Translations under genes and position numbers: made by a program | Notes under the pieces: generated by a model | Told to the model about the DNA's origin: nothing | What the model saw: the letters and a program-made list of their open reading frames with translations, nothing else | Database searches by the model: none | Shown: piece after piece, positions 29,054 to 38,246 of the stretch | How the letters are laid out: every line of letters begins with the position of its first letter | Position numbering within the stretch: the stretch's first letter is position 1 | NCBI GenBank assembly: GCA_044229475.1 | Contig: JBGASW010000002.1 | Span: forward strand, 743,517 to 807,516 | Direction of reading: 5' to 3' | Length of the DNA stretch: 64,000 nt | Source: Thermoanaerobaculia bacterium | GTDB lineage: Bacteria; Acidobacteriota; Thermoanaerobaculia; UBA5066

Positions 29054-29211
29054 GAGATTTCTTTGAAGGAGAATACGGCAGCCGCTGCCAGCGGCGCCGC
29101 GCCTGTGATGCCTCGGGTGCACGTCGACGTTCTCGTCGTTCTGGACGGCCCCGACGCCGATGCCGAGGCCCGTCTCAAAGCGGACGGCGTGGATTACCTT
29201 TCTAAGAAATC
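29054..29211. repeat. Convergent motif pair bracketing the GT2 start codon (GAGATTTCTTTGAAGG 29054-29069 upstream; CCTTTCTAAGAAATC 29197-29211 inside the CDS)
   Basis: 14/15-nt reverse complementary, about 150 bp apart, start codon 29108 in between. Confidence 0.65.
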
Positions 29212-30175
29212 TGCCGGTCCGGCGAAGGGAGACGCACTGGCGTTTCTCGCCGAGCAAATGGACGACCGGCTGGATGCCTACGATTTCATCCTCGTCTTCG
29301 ACGCCGACATGCGTTTGCCCGAGGGCTTCTTCCGCGACCTCCGCGTGCCCGGGGGGACGGAGGCGTTCCAGCTGCCGGTCCGTCCTTCGGGCGTCCCGGC
29401 GCCGGGCGCGCCGCGCGTCGAGGCGCTGTCGCTGGCCGAGGCTCGCCTCGACGACCTCGCACGCGACGCGGCGGGCCTTCCCGTGCGCCTGCGCGGCAAG
29501 GCGATGGGCTTTTCGCCGCGGGCGTTCCGCCTCGGCCCGGCGGCCGCGACGCGCACGACCGCCGAGGACTCCGAGGCGACGCTCGCGCTCCTCGCCAAGG
29601 GAATCGTCGTGCGCGCGCTGGACGGGCCAATGGCCTTCGACGAGCCGTCGTCCGACGCGGGCGCGATGGGGCGCTCCCGGGCGCGCTGGTTCGGCGGGCA
29701 CATGAAGCTGCTTTTCTCGGGTCTTGGAGATCTCGTTCGGAGCTTCGTGAGGCGGCCGGTCGGGACTCTCGTGCTGGCGGCGGATCTCTGGCTCCGTCCG
29801 AGGATCTTTCTGCTTGGGACCCTCGCGTTTCTTGCAGGCGCCTCGGATCTGGCGATGGTGGTTTTTTCTTCGAGTGGCGCGTGGTCTGCCTCGGCGCATG
29901 CAGCCGGCGGCGCCGCGGCGGCCGGGGGCGCGACTGGGGCGGCCATGCCCGTCGCGCTCCTGGTCTGCCTCCTGCTCCTTTCACTCGAAGGGAAGGCGGC
30001 CTTGCTCTTCGAGTGGCTTTCTCTCGCCGCGGTTCGCCATCGCATCGGATTCCCGGCGGAATGTCCCCCTGTTGCTCTCGCCGATCTCTCCGACTCTCTT
30101 CTCGTGTGGGCGGGCGCCGTCGTCCGCGGCGTGCTCGCACCGTCGCGGTGGCATCGCGCGAGGCCCGAGGCATGA
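29108..30175 (+). CDS. Putative family-2 glycosyltransferase with C-terminal membrane helices
   Basis: ATG 29108. VDVLVVLDG...DFILVFDADMRLPEGFF (DxD-like). Hydrophobic C-terminus. Several AT-rich motif copies inside. Confidence 0.55.
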   Translation: MPRVHVDVLVVLDGPDADAEARLKADGVDYLSKKSAGPAKGDALAFLAEQMDDRLDAYDFILVFDADMRLPEGFFRDLRVPGGTEAFQLPVRPSGVPAPGAPRVEALSLAEARLDDLARDAAGLPVRLRGKAMGFSPRAFRLGPAAATRTTAEDSEATLALLAKGIVVRALDGPMAFDEPSSDAGAMGRSRARWFGGHMKLLFSGLGDLVRSFVRRPVGTLVLAADLWLRPRIFLLGTLAFLAGASDLAMVVFSSSGAWSASAHAAGGAAAAGGATGAAMPVALLVCLLLLSLEGKAALLFEWLSLAAVRHRIGFPAECPPVALADLSDSLLVWAGAVVRGVLAPSRWHRARPEA

Positions 30176-31320
30176 AGGCCGTCCTCCTCGTCCCGCGCCT
30201 GCCGGGCACGGGCCACACGGGCGACCGCCTGCGCGCCGAGCTGCACCTCGCGGCGCTCGCGTCGGCGGGCTTCGAGACGGCCGTCGTCGGGGGAACGGAG
30301 ACGGGGGATTTCCTTCGAATGAAGAACGCGGCGGCCGTTCATCCCGTGCGGCTCCGTCGGGCCCTGATTCCTGCGGGGCTCGCGTCGGCGGTGCTTTCCG
30401 GCGAGCCGCTGCAGTCCGCGCTCTTCGCAGGACCTTTCGGCGTCGCCCTGCGCGAAGCGGCCCGTGACGCGGACCTCCTCGTCTGCGTCCTCCTCCCGCG
30501 TCTTCTCGCGCACGTGGGCCCGCTGCCGGCGATTCCGCGCGTCGTGGACTACGTCGACGCGCTCGCCGCGGCCGCGCGCCAGGCGGCGAACGACGACCCG
30601 GCTCCCTGGCGCCGCGCCTACTGGGAAGCCGAGGCGCCGCGCCTCGCACGCGCCGAGGCGCGCGCAGCCGAGGGCGCCGCCGTGCTCTTCGCGACGACGC
30701 CGTTCGACGCGGCGCATCTCCCGCGCGGAACGCGCGCCGTGGCGAACGGCGTTTCGCTCGGGCCGCTCGCGCCCGGGCCGCGAGGCCCCGTCGTGGCATT
30801 CTCGGGCCGGCTCCGGTACCGTCCGAACGTCCTCGCCGTGAAACGCCTCCTCGACGTCTGGCCCCGCGTGAGACGGGAGGAACCGGCGGCGCGCCTCGTC
30901 CTCGGAGGCGCCGACGCCCCGGCATGGCTCCTCGCGCGTTCGGGAAAGGACGGCGTCGAGGTCGTGAGCCCCGTCGCGGACATGGCCGCGTTTCTCCGGA
31001 CGGCGCGCGTGGCCGCGGCGCCCGTCGCCATGGGGACCGGCACGCCGAACAAGATCTTCGAGGCGTTCGAAGCGGGTGCCGCCGTGGTCGCGTCCCCCGA
31101 GGTCGCCGAGCGGGCCTCGGCGGGCGGCGAGGCGCCGCCGGTGAAGGTCGCGCGCACGGACGACGAGTTCGCCGAGGCTCTCGTCGCGCTTCTGACGGAC
31201 GCCGACGCCGCCTCCCGGGAGGGAGCGCGCGGCCGGGCGTGGGTCGAAGCGCACGCGGACCGCCGCGCCTCGGTGGATGCGCTCGCCGCCGGGTATCGTG
31301 ACGCGCGGGGGCACGCGTGA
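30172..31320 (+). CDS. Glycosyltransferase family 1/4 (GT-B fold)
   Basis: ATGA overlap with the GT2 gene. C-terminal ...TPNKIFEAFEAGAAVVAS is typical of GT1 donor-binding region. Confidence 0.7.
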   Translation: MKAVLLVPRLPGTGHTGDRLRAELHLAALASAGFETAVVGGTETGDFLRMKNAAAVHPVRLRRALIPAGLASAVLSGEPLQSALFAGPFGVALREAARDADLLVCVLLPRLLAHVGPLPAIPRVVDYVDALAAAARQAANDDPAPWRRAYWEAEAPRLARAEARAAEGAAVLFATTPFDAAHLPRGTRAVANGVSLGPLAPGPRGPVVAFSGRLRYRPNVLAVKRLLDVWPRVRREEPAARLVLGGADAPAWLLARSGKDGVEVVSPVADMAAFLRTARVAAAPVAMGTGTPNKIFEAFEAGAAVVASPEVAERASAGGEAPPVKVARTDDEFAEALVALLTDADAASREGARGRAWVEAHADRRASVDALAAGYRDARGHA

Positions 31321-32636
31321 GGCCGCGCGCGCGCTTCGCGGGCCACCGCTCGCTTCTCGCTCTCGGCGACGCCCTCGCCGCGACGGCGGTCTTCGCGCTC
31401 GTCGTCGCGGTCCGCCGCATCGTGCCCTTGCCGGGCACGCTCGGGACGCTGCCCGCCGGCAACCTGCCGCTGGACGCGACCTGGCTCGGGACGGTGGCCG
31501 CCGCGACGCTCGCGGCCCTCTGGCTCGCCGGCACGTACGACGAACCGCTCGCGTCCTTGAAGGAGCGCGGCGGCCTCCTCGTGGGAACGCTCCTCGCCGC
31601 AGGGCTTCTCCTCGCGCTCACGTTCTTCGCGGGCCGAACGGTGCCGCGCACGGTACTCCTGCCCTGGATCCCTCTTCTGTCAGTCGCGCTCGGCCTCTGG
31701 CGGCGCCTTGCCGAGGTGCTTTCGCCCATGGGAACCGTCCCGGTCCTCGTCCTGGGCGCGGGGGAGGACGCCCGGCGGGCGGCCGAGGCTCTCTCGTCCG
31801 GCCGGATCGCCGGCCACACGCTCTACGAGTGGCGTGAGGACGCGGACCGGTCCGACCCGGGTCCGGCGCGCGACGTCCTCTTCGCCTCCGACCGCCCGGA
31901 GGACAGGCGAATCCTCGTGACGCTGCTGGAGCGCAGCCTCGAGCACGACTTCGACCTCTGGATCCTGCCGGGCGTCGCGGACATCGTGGCGTCGCGCGTC
32001 GTGACGCGCAGTCTGGGCGACCTCCCGCTCGTGCCCGTCGTGACGCGCGGCGCGAGCGCGTTCGCGTTCGCGTGGCGCCGGACGCTCGACGTCGTCCTCG
32101 GCTCGGCGCTGACGCTCCTCGCGCTCCCGGTCCTTCTCGCCGTCACGGCGGCCGTGGCGCTCGAGAGTCCCGGCTCGCCGTGGATCCGGCAGCGGCGCGT
32201 CGGCCGCGGCGGCGGGACGTTCCTTCTCTGGAAGGTCCGGACGATGCGGAAGGACGCGGAGGCCCGGACGGGCCCGACGCTGTCGGCGCCGGACGACGAG
32301 CGTGTGACGCGTATCGGGGGGCTCCTCCGGAGGTCGCGGCTCGACGAGCTCCCGCAGCTGCTGCACGTCGTCGGCGGCACGATGAGCCTCATCGGCCCGC
32401 GGCCGGAGCGCCCCGAGTTCGTCGAGACGTTCGCGGCCGAGGTTCCCGCCTACCGGCTCCGACACGTCCTGAAGCCGGGCCTCACCGGCCTCGCGCAGGT
32501 CATGGGTGCGTACGCGACGCAGCCGGACGTCAAGCTCCGGTACGACCTCGGCTACCTCTTCCACTGGACCCCGGCTCTCGACCTGTTCGTCCTCCTGAGG
32601 ACCGTCGTGACGGTCCTCAGGGGCAGCGGCATCTAG
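31317..32636 (+). CDS. Polyprenyl-phosphate sugar phosphotransferase (bacterial sugar transferase, WcaJ/EpsL-like priming enzyme)
   Basis: GTGA overlap. N-terminal TM helices. C-terminal motif LLWKVRTMRKDAE...LDELPQLLHVVGGTMSLIGPRPERPEF. Confidence 0.85.
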   Translation: MRPRARFAGHRSLLALGDALAATAVFALVVAVRRIVPLPGTLGTLPAGNLPLDATWLGTVAAATLAALWLAGTYDEPLASLKERGGLLVGTLLAAGLLLALTFFAGRTVPRTVLLPWIPLLSVALGLWRRLAEVLSPMGTVPVLVLGAGEDARRAAEALSSGRIAGHTLYEWREDADRSDPGPARDVLFASDRPEDRRILVTLLERSLEHDFDLWILPGVADIVASRVVTRSLGDLPLVPVVTRGASAFAFAWRRTLDVVLGSALTLLALPVLLAVTAAVALESPGSPWIRQRRVGRGGGTFLLWKVRTMRKDAEARTGPTLSAPDDERVTRIGGLLRRSRLDELPQLLHVVGGTMSLIGPRPERPEFVETFAAEVPAYRLRHVLKPGLTGLAQVMGAYATQPDVKLRYDLGYLFHWTPALDLFVLLRTVVTVLRGSGI

Positions 32637-32637
32637 G

Positions 32638-34494
32638 TCAGCGGATCGGGGGCAGCGCCGGTGCCCGGCCGCCGTGGGCGAGGCTCGCAGCGGCCGCGTC
32701 GATGTCCGCGACGACCCGGGCGCGGTCCACGCCGGGGGGCAATGCGTCGACGAGGCGTGGGAGGATCCACACGGCGCGCCGGAAGAGCGCATCGGATTCC
32801 GCTTCCCGGCCGAGCGCGCGCTCGACGCGGCCGAGGCTGAGGTCGCTTTCGGCTCGCTCCTCGAGCGCGATCGAGCGCGCATAAAGCTCCTGCGCCCGCC
32901 GGAGGTCCTTCCCGATCCACGAAACCGAGCCGAGCGCGAGGAGAGCCGTGGCCTCGCGCGGCCGGATCGCGACGGCCCGGCTGAGACGTAACCGTGCCGC
33001 GTCGAGGAGCTCCTCGCGGACGGGGCCGGCCTCGTCCGGGACTTCGGCCGCCTCGCGCAGGTACGACTCGCCTTCGGCCTGGGACGAGACCGCGACGCCG
33101 CGCGCGACGGCGATGGCGAGAAGGACGGCTCCCGCGGCCGCGAAGAGCCCGCGTATGCCGAGGGGAAGGGGCGCCACGGCCGCGCGGCCCGGAGCCGTCC
33201 GCCGCCACGCGAGACCGAGCAGGAACGCGATCGGCCCGGATGCGACCGGAAGCCGCAGCGGGAACCCTCCGAGCGAGAGAACGAGCGCCGCGGCGCTGCA
33301 TGCGAGCAGGGCGTCGGTCGTCGGACTCGCTTCCGCTCCGGGGCCGTGGCGCATCCGCACGAGGCCGGCCACGAGGGCGAGGAGCGCGAGGAGGGCGGCC
33401 CCGGCGGCAGGGACGCCGCACTCGGCGGCAAGCGTCAGCGGCTCGCTGTGGGCGTTGTCGAAGTGCGCGGATTCGGACCGGTGGACGAGGCGGCGGCCGG
33501 ACCTCTCCTCGGCCGCGATGCGCGCCGGGACGAAGGCATTCGAGAACGCGCCGGGCCCGACGCCGAGGAGGGGCCTCCCGCGGATCATCTCGGCGGCGGC
33601 GAGAACGCCGATGTCGCGCTGCGTCGTCGCGGCCGCGACATCGCCCCGCCGGAGCTGGGCGGCCTTCTCGAGCGCGCGCTTCGCGGCGCCCGAGAACGCG
33701 AGAAGCGCCGCGAGGGCGAGGAGCGCGGCGAGCGCGGGCGCGCGCCGGCGCGGCGAAAGGAGAACGTAAAGCAGGGCGCCCGCGGCGAACGCGAGCGTCG
33801 GAGCGACCGATTCCGTCGCGAGGATCCCGAGCAGGGTCGCCGCGAGCCCGGCGACCGCGATCGCGCGCAGGCGGGGCGGGCGCAGGTGGTCCGCCGCCGT
33901 CGCGAAGAGGAGCACGCCCGGCACGACGAGCGCCATCGCGAGGTCCCCGGGATTCCCGACGAAGCCGGCGGCGAAGAACCGCGGTTCCGGCGCCTGGAGA
34001 GGCATCCGGAAGATGCCGAGCCAGCGCTGCGCGGCGGCGAGCAGCCCCGAAAGCGCGCCCGCGAGGCACACGGCGGTGGCCGCGCGGGCCGCGACGCGCG
34101 CGCCGGCGTGCGACGCTCCCGCGGCGGCGAGCGCGAGCGGCGAGAGAAGGGCGCCGAGGACGAGCGGGTCCACGACGTGGGCATTGGCGGCCGCCGACGC
34201 GCACGCGAAAGCCAGAGCCGCGGCGAGCGCGAGAGGCGGGACGCGGGCCGTCCGACTGCTCGCCTCGCCCCGCAGGAAGCCCCATGCCCCGGGCGCCGCG
34301 AGTCCGAAGAGGACGAGGCCCGAGCCGAGCGCTTGCGCGAGAAGCTTGCTTTCGCGCAGTGCGCCGCTCGAGGCCGTCGAGAAGGAAATGAACGGGAGAA
34401 CCAGCGCGAGCACGACGCCCGCGGAGACGAGCCGTGACTCGGCCCCGTCTTCCGTGGGCGGCGCCGCGGGCTCCCGGGAAGCGAGGCGCGCCAT
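32638..34494 (-). CDS. O-antigen ligase/polymerase-like membrane protein (Wzy_C) with C-terminal TPR region
   Basis: 618 aa. About 10 TM helices. Periplasmic loop ...LGVGPGAFSNAF. C-terminal TPR-like helices. Convergent with the sugar transferase. Confidence 0.75.
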   Translation of the reverse strand: MARLASREPAAPPTEDGAESRLVSAGVVLALVLPFISFSTASSGALRESKLLAQALGSGLVLFGLAAPGAWGFLRGEASSRTARVPPLALAAALAFACASAAANAHVVDPLVLGALLSPLALAAAGASHAGARVAARAATAVCLAGALSGLLAAAQRWLGIFRMPLQAPEPRFFAAGFVGNPGDLAMALVVPGVLLFATAADHLRPPRLRAIAVAGLAATLLGILATESVAPTLAFAAGALLYVLLSPRRRAPALAALLALAALLAFSGAAKRALEKAAQLRRGDVAAATTQRDIGVLAAAEMIRGRPLLGVGPGAFSNAFVPARIAAEERSGRRLVHRSESAHFDNAHSEPLTLAAECGVPAAGAALLALLALVAGLVRMRHGPGAEASPTTDALLACSAAALVLSLGGFPLRLPVASGPIAFLLGLAWRRTAPGRAAVAPLPLGIRGLFAAAGAVLLAIAVARGVAVSSQAEGESYLREAAEVPDEAGPVREELLDAARLRLSRAVAIRPREATALLALGSVSWIGKDLRRAQELYARSIALEERAESDLSLGRVERALGREAESDALFRRAVWILPRLVDALPPGVDRARVVADIDAAAASLAHGGRAPALPPIR

Positions 34495-34553
34495 CGCGCC
34501 GCAGGATAACGAAACGGCGCGCGGCCCGTGGGATAAGCTGCCCAGGCGTCTCC

Positions 34554-35207
34554 GTGAAAGCGAGTCACCGTCTCCCGATCCCGGGCCTCGACGCGCTGCG
34601 CCGATCGCTCAGGCGCCGCCTGCTCGGCCGCGGCAAGCCGAGGTCGGCCGAGGTGTGGAACGACCAGTACCGGGCCGGCACGTGGGACGGGCTCGTCGCC
34701 GAGACCGAGCGGCACGCTTGCGTCGCGGAGCTCATTCGTCGGTACGCTCCGCCCGCGCCTCTGGTCCTGGACGTCGGGTGCGGGCACGGCGCGCTTGCCC
34801 GCCAGCTGAGAACCGGCGCGGGAGGACGCTACGTGGGGATCGACATTTCGGAGGAGGCGGTCCGGCGCGCGGAAGAGGGCGCCGTTCCGGAGGAGTCGTT
34901 CCGTGCGTTCGACGTCGAAGGGGGGCCGCCCGACTTCCTCGCGCCCGGATCGGTCGACGCGGCGGTCTTCGCCGAAGTCCTCTACTACCTCGACGACCCG
35001 CTTGCGACGCTCCGCCGCTTTCTGCCGCTCCTGTCGCCGCGCGGCATCTTCGTCTTCTCCCTCTGGAAGCCGGCCCGCCACCGGGTCCTTCGCCGGCGCC
35101 TCGCCAGGGAGTACGACGAAGCCTGCGCCCGGGAAGTCGGGCGCGGCGAGACGTGGCGGATCAGCTTCTGCGTTCCGCGGGGACGCTCTCTTCCGGTTCC
35201 CGCCTGA
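34554..35207 (+). CDS. Class I SAM-dependent methyltransferase
   Basis: GTG start. Motif I LVLDVGCGHGALA. Acidic motif II, then FVFSLW. Overlaps mutY 3' end convergently. Confidence 0.7.
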   Translation: MKASHRLPIPGLDALRRSLRRRLLGRGKPRSAEVWNDQYRAGTWDGLVAETERHACVAELIRRYAPPAPLVLDVGCGHGALARQLRTGAGGRYVGIDISEEAVRRAEEGAVPEESFRAFDVEGGPPDFLAPGSVDAAVFAEVLYYLDDPLATLRRFLPLLSPRGIFVFSLWKPARHRVLRRRLAREYDEACAREVGRGETWRISFCVPRGRSLPVPA

Positions 35208-36354
35208 GCCGGGCGCGGTGCGCGCGCCACGCGGCGAGCACCTTCAGGAGCAGGCCGCCGTGGGCGACACGGGAGATCTGGCTCGGGGAGAGAGCACAGA
35301 GACGGGACGCTGCGCGGCGCCCGCGACGCGGACGAGAGATGGAGGACGGGGGAAGAAGACTTTCTTTGAAGGTGAAGAGGGAAATCCGATAGCGCCTCTC
35401 GAGTACGGAATGGCGAAGCACCGCCACCGGCTCGATTGCGCTGACGTCACGCCCGGCGAGACGCTTCCACCACCTTCTAAGAGAATTTGCAGACCCGTCC
35501 CCGGCGCGCACGCGCAGCATCGGAGGGACGAGGTGGCCGGCGACCATCTCCTGATCTTCAACCAGCAGAATCTTCTTTCCTCTCTCCACGATCGCGCCGA
35601 CGAGATGAATCGTCCTGGGCGAAACGCGGGCGGCCGCCCGCGGAAACGCCTCCGGCGTCCCGCCCGCGGCCGCGCGGCAGGAGGAGCGGAGCGGGCACGC
35701 GCCGCAGCGCGGCGCGCGCGGCGTGCAGACGAGCGCTCCAATCTCCATGAGGGCCTGGTTGAAGTCGCCCGGATTCCGCGCCGGCACGAGAGGCCGGGCG
35801 ACCGCCCGGACCCTCGCGAGCGTCGCGGACGTCTTCGGGTCGAGCTTGAGCGCCTTGAGACGGCAGAGGACGCGCACGACGTTGCCGTCCACCACGGGCT
35901 CGGGGATGCCGTATGCGATCGACGCGACCGCGGCGGCCGTGTACGCGCCCACGCCGGGGAGCGCACGCCAGCCTTCGAGCGTGCGCGGAAACGCGCCCGC
36001 CGCGGCGACGGCCCTCGCGGCGCGGTGGAGGTTCCGGGCGCGCGCGTAGTACCCGAGGCCGCTCCACTCGGCGAGGACGTCGCACTCCTTCGCGCGGGCG
36101 AGCGCCTCGACGGTCGGGAAGCGCGCGCGGAAGCGTTCCCAGCGGGGCACGACGACGTCGAGCGTCGTCTGCTGCGCCATGATCTCGGAGAGCCAGATCG
36201 CGTACGGGTCGCGCGTGGAGCGCCACGGCAGGCTGCGCCGCGCCCGGCGATACCAGCGCGCGAGCCGGCGCGTCAGGTCGGCCGGGTCGTCGATCACGGG
36301 CGGGAGTCTAGACTCGGTGCGTGGACGTCGACTGGGAAGGCCTGACGGTCGCAT
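35161..36354 (-). CDS. mutY: A/G-specific adenine DNA glycosylase
   Basis: HhH-GPD region WSGLGYYARARNL. 4Fe-4S Cys cluster CTPRAPRCGACPLRSSC. C-terminal NUDIX-like domain. Alternative GTG start at 36297. Confidence 0.85.
   Translation of the reverse strand: MRPSGLPSRRPRTESRLPPVIDDPADLTRRLARWYRRARRSLPWRSTRDPYAIWLSEIMAQQTTLDVVVPRWERFRARFPTVEALARAKECDVLAEWSGLGYYARARNLHRAARAVAAAGAFPRTLEGWRALPGVGAYTAAAVASIAYGIPEPVVDGNVVRVLCRLKALKLDPKTSATLARVRAVARPLVPARNPGDFNQALMEIGALVCTPRAPRCGACPLRSSCRAAAGGTPEAFPRAAARVSPRTIHLVGAIVERGKKILLVEDQEMVAGHLVPPMLRVRAGDGSANSLRRWWKRLAGRDVSAIEPVAVLRHSVLERRYRISLFTFKESLLPPSSISRPRRGRRAASRLCALSPSQISRVAHGGLLLKVLAAWRAHRARLRREPEESVPAERRS
35355..35488. repeat. Convergent motif pair in mutY 3' region (GAAGACTTTCTTTGAAGGTG 35355-35374; CCTTCTAAGAGAATTT 35474-35488). 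A further related copy lies at 35568-35595
   Basis: On the mutY coding strand they read FTFKESLL and ANSLRRWW. Confidence 0.6.
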
Positions 36355-36731
36355 TCGCGGCGCGTTCGAAGCTCATGAACCACTTCCTCGACCGCGCGTC
36401 CGGGGACGTGCACGCGCACCTGAACGGCTCGCCGGAGCTGCGCGAGGCGCTCCTCCACGAGCGGTCGGGGCAGTACCTCCGGATTCCGAAGTCCACGCCG
36501 GAAGTCGACGCGGCGCGCTGCCGCGCGTTCGCGCCCGGAATGAAGAGCGACGCCGTGCGCGAGACGGCGCTTCAGGCGCTCGACGCGGGCGGCCCCGGCG
36601 CGTTTCGCGAGGCGCTGATCGCGTCGCCCGAGGACGAAGCGGCCTGGTTCGTGTTCCGCGACCGGCGCGTGCGCGAGGAGCTGCGCGCGTGGCTCGCGGC
36701 TCAGGGCGTGCGCGCGGAGCCGCCGCGCTGA
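36321..36731 (+). CDS. Hypothetical protein (136 aa)
   Basis: GTG-start ORF with strong GC3 bias. No recognisable motif. Slight overlap with the longest mutY start option. Confidence 0.45.
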   Translation: MDVDWEGLTVAFAARSKLMNHFLDRASGDVHAHLNGSPELREALLHERSGQYLRIPKSTPEVDAARCRAFAPGMKSDAVRETALQALDAGGPGAFREALIASPEDEAAWFVFRDRRVREELRAWLAAQGVRAEPPR

Positions 36732-36734
36732 CCG

Positions 36735-37382
36735 TCAGGAGGACCGCGGCCCGAACCTGAGCCGGGCGAACCGGCTCGGGACGTGGAAGTCGGGTGGACG
36801 ATCGCGCTGCGTCGGCGAGAGCGCGAGAAACCGGGTCGTCCGGCCGCGCGCGATCCGGTACGCATTGCCCCGCCGCTCCTCCCGGTCCCGGGGCGGCCGG
36901 CCACCGGGCAGGGAGCTCCACGGAACCCGGATCGTGCAGCGCCACCGCGACCACTCCCGGGGAGGCCGGCCGGCGGGCTCTCCCGAGGCGGCCACGCGGA
37001 TGCCGGCGAGTCCTTCGCCCGGGGCGAGCTGCCAGGTCGCGCGGCTGTCGTCCGGATTCCTCACGCGGGCGCCGTAAAGCGCGCCCGACGGGTTCACGAC
37101 GATCTCCTGGTAAAGCGAGGGGGTTTGCGGCCCTGCGACGAAGAGCTCCACGCATTCGTCGCGGAACACGTCTCCGCCGGCCGGCTGCCCCACGAGGAGC
37201 GGCGGCTCGGCCGCGGCCTCGAAGAGCGCGAGGAACGCGTCCGCCGTGAAGCCGAGCCGCACCGTCGTCGCGGCCGCGGGCCCGGGCCCGCCTCCGACGT
37301 CGAGCAGGGTGTGCGCCGGGGCGTTCGCGATCGCGTCCTCGGCCACGAGGCGCGGGACGTGGACGACGGGCGGTGGAGTCAC
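36735..37382 (-). CDS. Hypothetical protein with carbohydrate-binding family 9-like C-terminal signature
   Basis: GTG start. Strong GC3 bias. C-terminal WS..LPGG..GNAYRIARG resembles the CBM9-like (DOMON-like) fold. Confidence 0.5.
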   Translation of the reverse strand: MTPPPVVHVPRLVAEDAIANAPAHTLLDVGGGPGPAAATTVRLGFTADAFLALFEAAAEPPLLVGQPAGGDVFRDECVELFVAGPQTPSLYQEIVVNPSGALYGARVRNPDDSRATWQLAPGEGLAGIRVAASGEPAGRPPREWSRWRCTIRVPWSSLPGGRPPRDREERRGNAYRIARGRTTRFLALSPTQRDRPPDFHVPSRFARLRFGPRSS

Positions 37383-38245
37383 CAGCGTCCCACCGCGGTC
37401 TTCAAGGCGGCGAGCAGCGTGCGCGAAGCCGTCTGCGCCCGGGCGAGGGCGCGCTCGGCGTCGGCGAAGAGCGGCGGCAGGAGCCGCAGGGCCTCGCGGC
37501 GCCGCGGCGCCGGGAGCGTGCCCGCCGTGACGCGCACGAGGGCGATCAGCTCCGCGCGGTCGTGGGCGCGGCCCGCTTCTTCCTGGAACCTCTCGAGGAG
37601 CGGCAGGAGCCGGAGCGACCCGGAGAGCCGGGCGAACTCGAGCCCGTAACGCAGGTCGCGCGCGTCGATCCGCGCCTCATGCAGGTTTCCCTCCTCGGGG
37701 ACTCCCCGCGCGAGGAGGCGGCGCGCGCGGCGGACGAGGCGCCGCCGGATGTCCTTCTCGAGGCGGCGCTCGAGCCGCCCGCCGTCGAAGTCGGCGAGGG
37801 GCGACGCGAGCGCCGCGAGGGTGGCGTCGCGCGTGGCGAACTCCCGGCGCAAGACCCCGAGAAGGGCGTCGAGGCGGCCGGCAGGCGCGGCGGTCCGGGC
37901 GTCCCGCTCGAGACGCTCCGCGAGGCGCTCGGCCGATGCGCGCCGCCGCGCGTCGCGCCGGAACCGCGCCCGGAGGAGTTTCGCGGCCACGTCGTGCGTT
38001 CGCCGCACCCCGAGAGCCCTCCGGAGATCCCGCGCGGCCGTCTTGAGGCCGGCCCCCGAGCCCTTCGCGGGGACATCCTGCGTGAGGCGGGCCAGCGAGA
38101 CGGTTCGCCGGAGGGCGACGCGGACGGCGTGCAGCCGCTCGCCGGTGGGGGCGCCGGCGCCTCCCGCGAGAAGCGTTTCGAGCGCGGCGCGGCGCTTCGA
38201 GAGGGCCGCCGTCAGGGCGTGAACGCGGCGGACGGTGCCTTCCAC
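37379..38245 (-). CDS. CHAD domain protein
   Basis: Arg/Ala-rich alpha-helical sequence with LHEARIDARDLRYGLEF-type motifs. Start set at GTG 38245 (ORF track uses TTG 38287, which would overlap the ABC ATPase stop). Confidence 0.65.
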   Translation of the reverse strand: MEGTVRRVHALTAALSKRRAALETLLAGGAGAPTGERLHAVRVALRRTVSLARLTQDVPAKGSGAGLKTAARDLRRALGVRRTHDVAAKLLRARFRRDARRRASAERLAERLERDARTAAPAGRLDALLGVLRREFATRDATLAALASPLADFDGGRLERRLEKDIRRRLVRRARRLLARGVPEEGNLHEARIDARDLRYGLEFARLSGSLRLLPLLERFQEEAGRAHDRAELIALVRVTAGTLPAPRRREALRLLPPLFADAERALARAQTASRTLLAALKTAVGRW

Positions 38246-38246
38246 G

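Noticed and set aside
29054-29069. RF2-like programmed +1 frameshift site (CTT TGA preceded by purine-rich SD-like run) within the motif
   Set aside because: Host ORFs read straight through the motif in a frame without the stop, and the copies occur in both orientations. Frameshifting is not required to explain any gene
36297-36354. Overlap between the mutY longest ORF start and the divergent 136-aa ORF
   Set aside because: Probably a start-codon choice issue (GTG at 36297 removes the overlap) and not a real gene overlap
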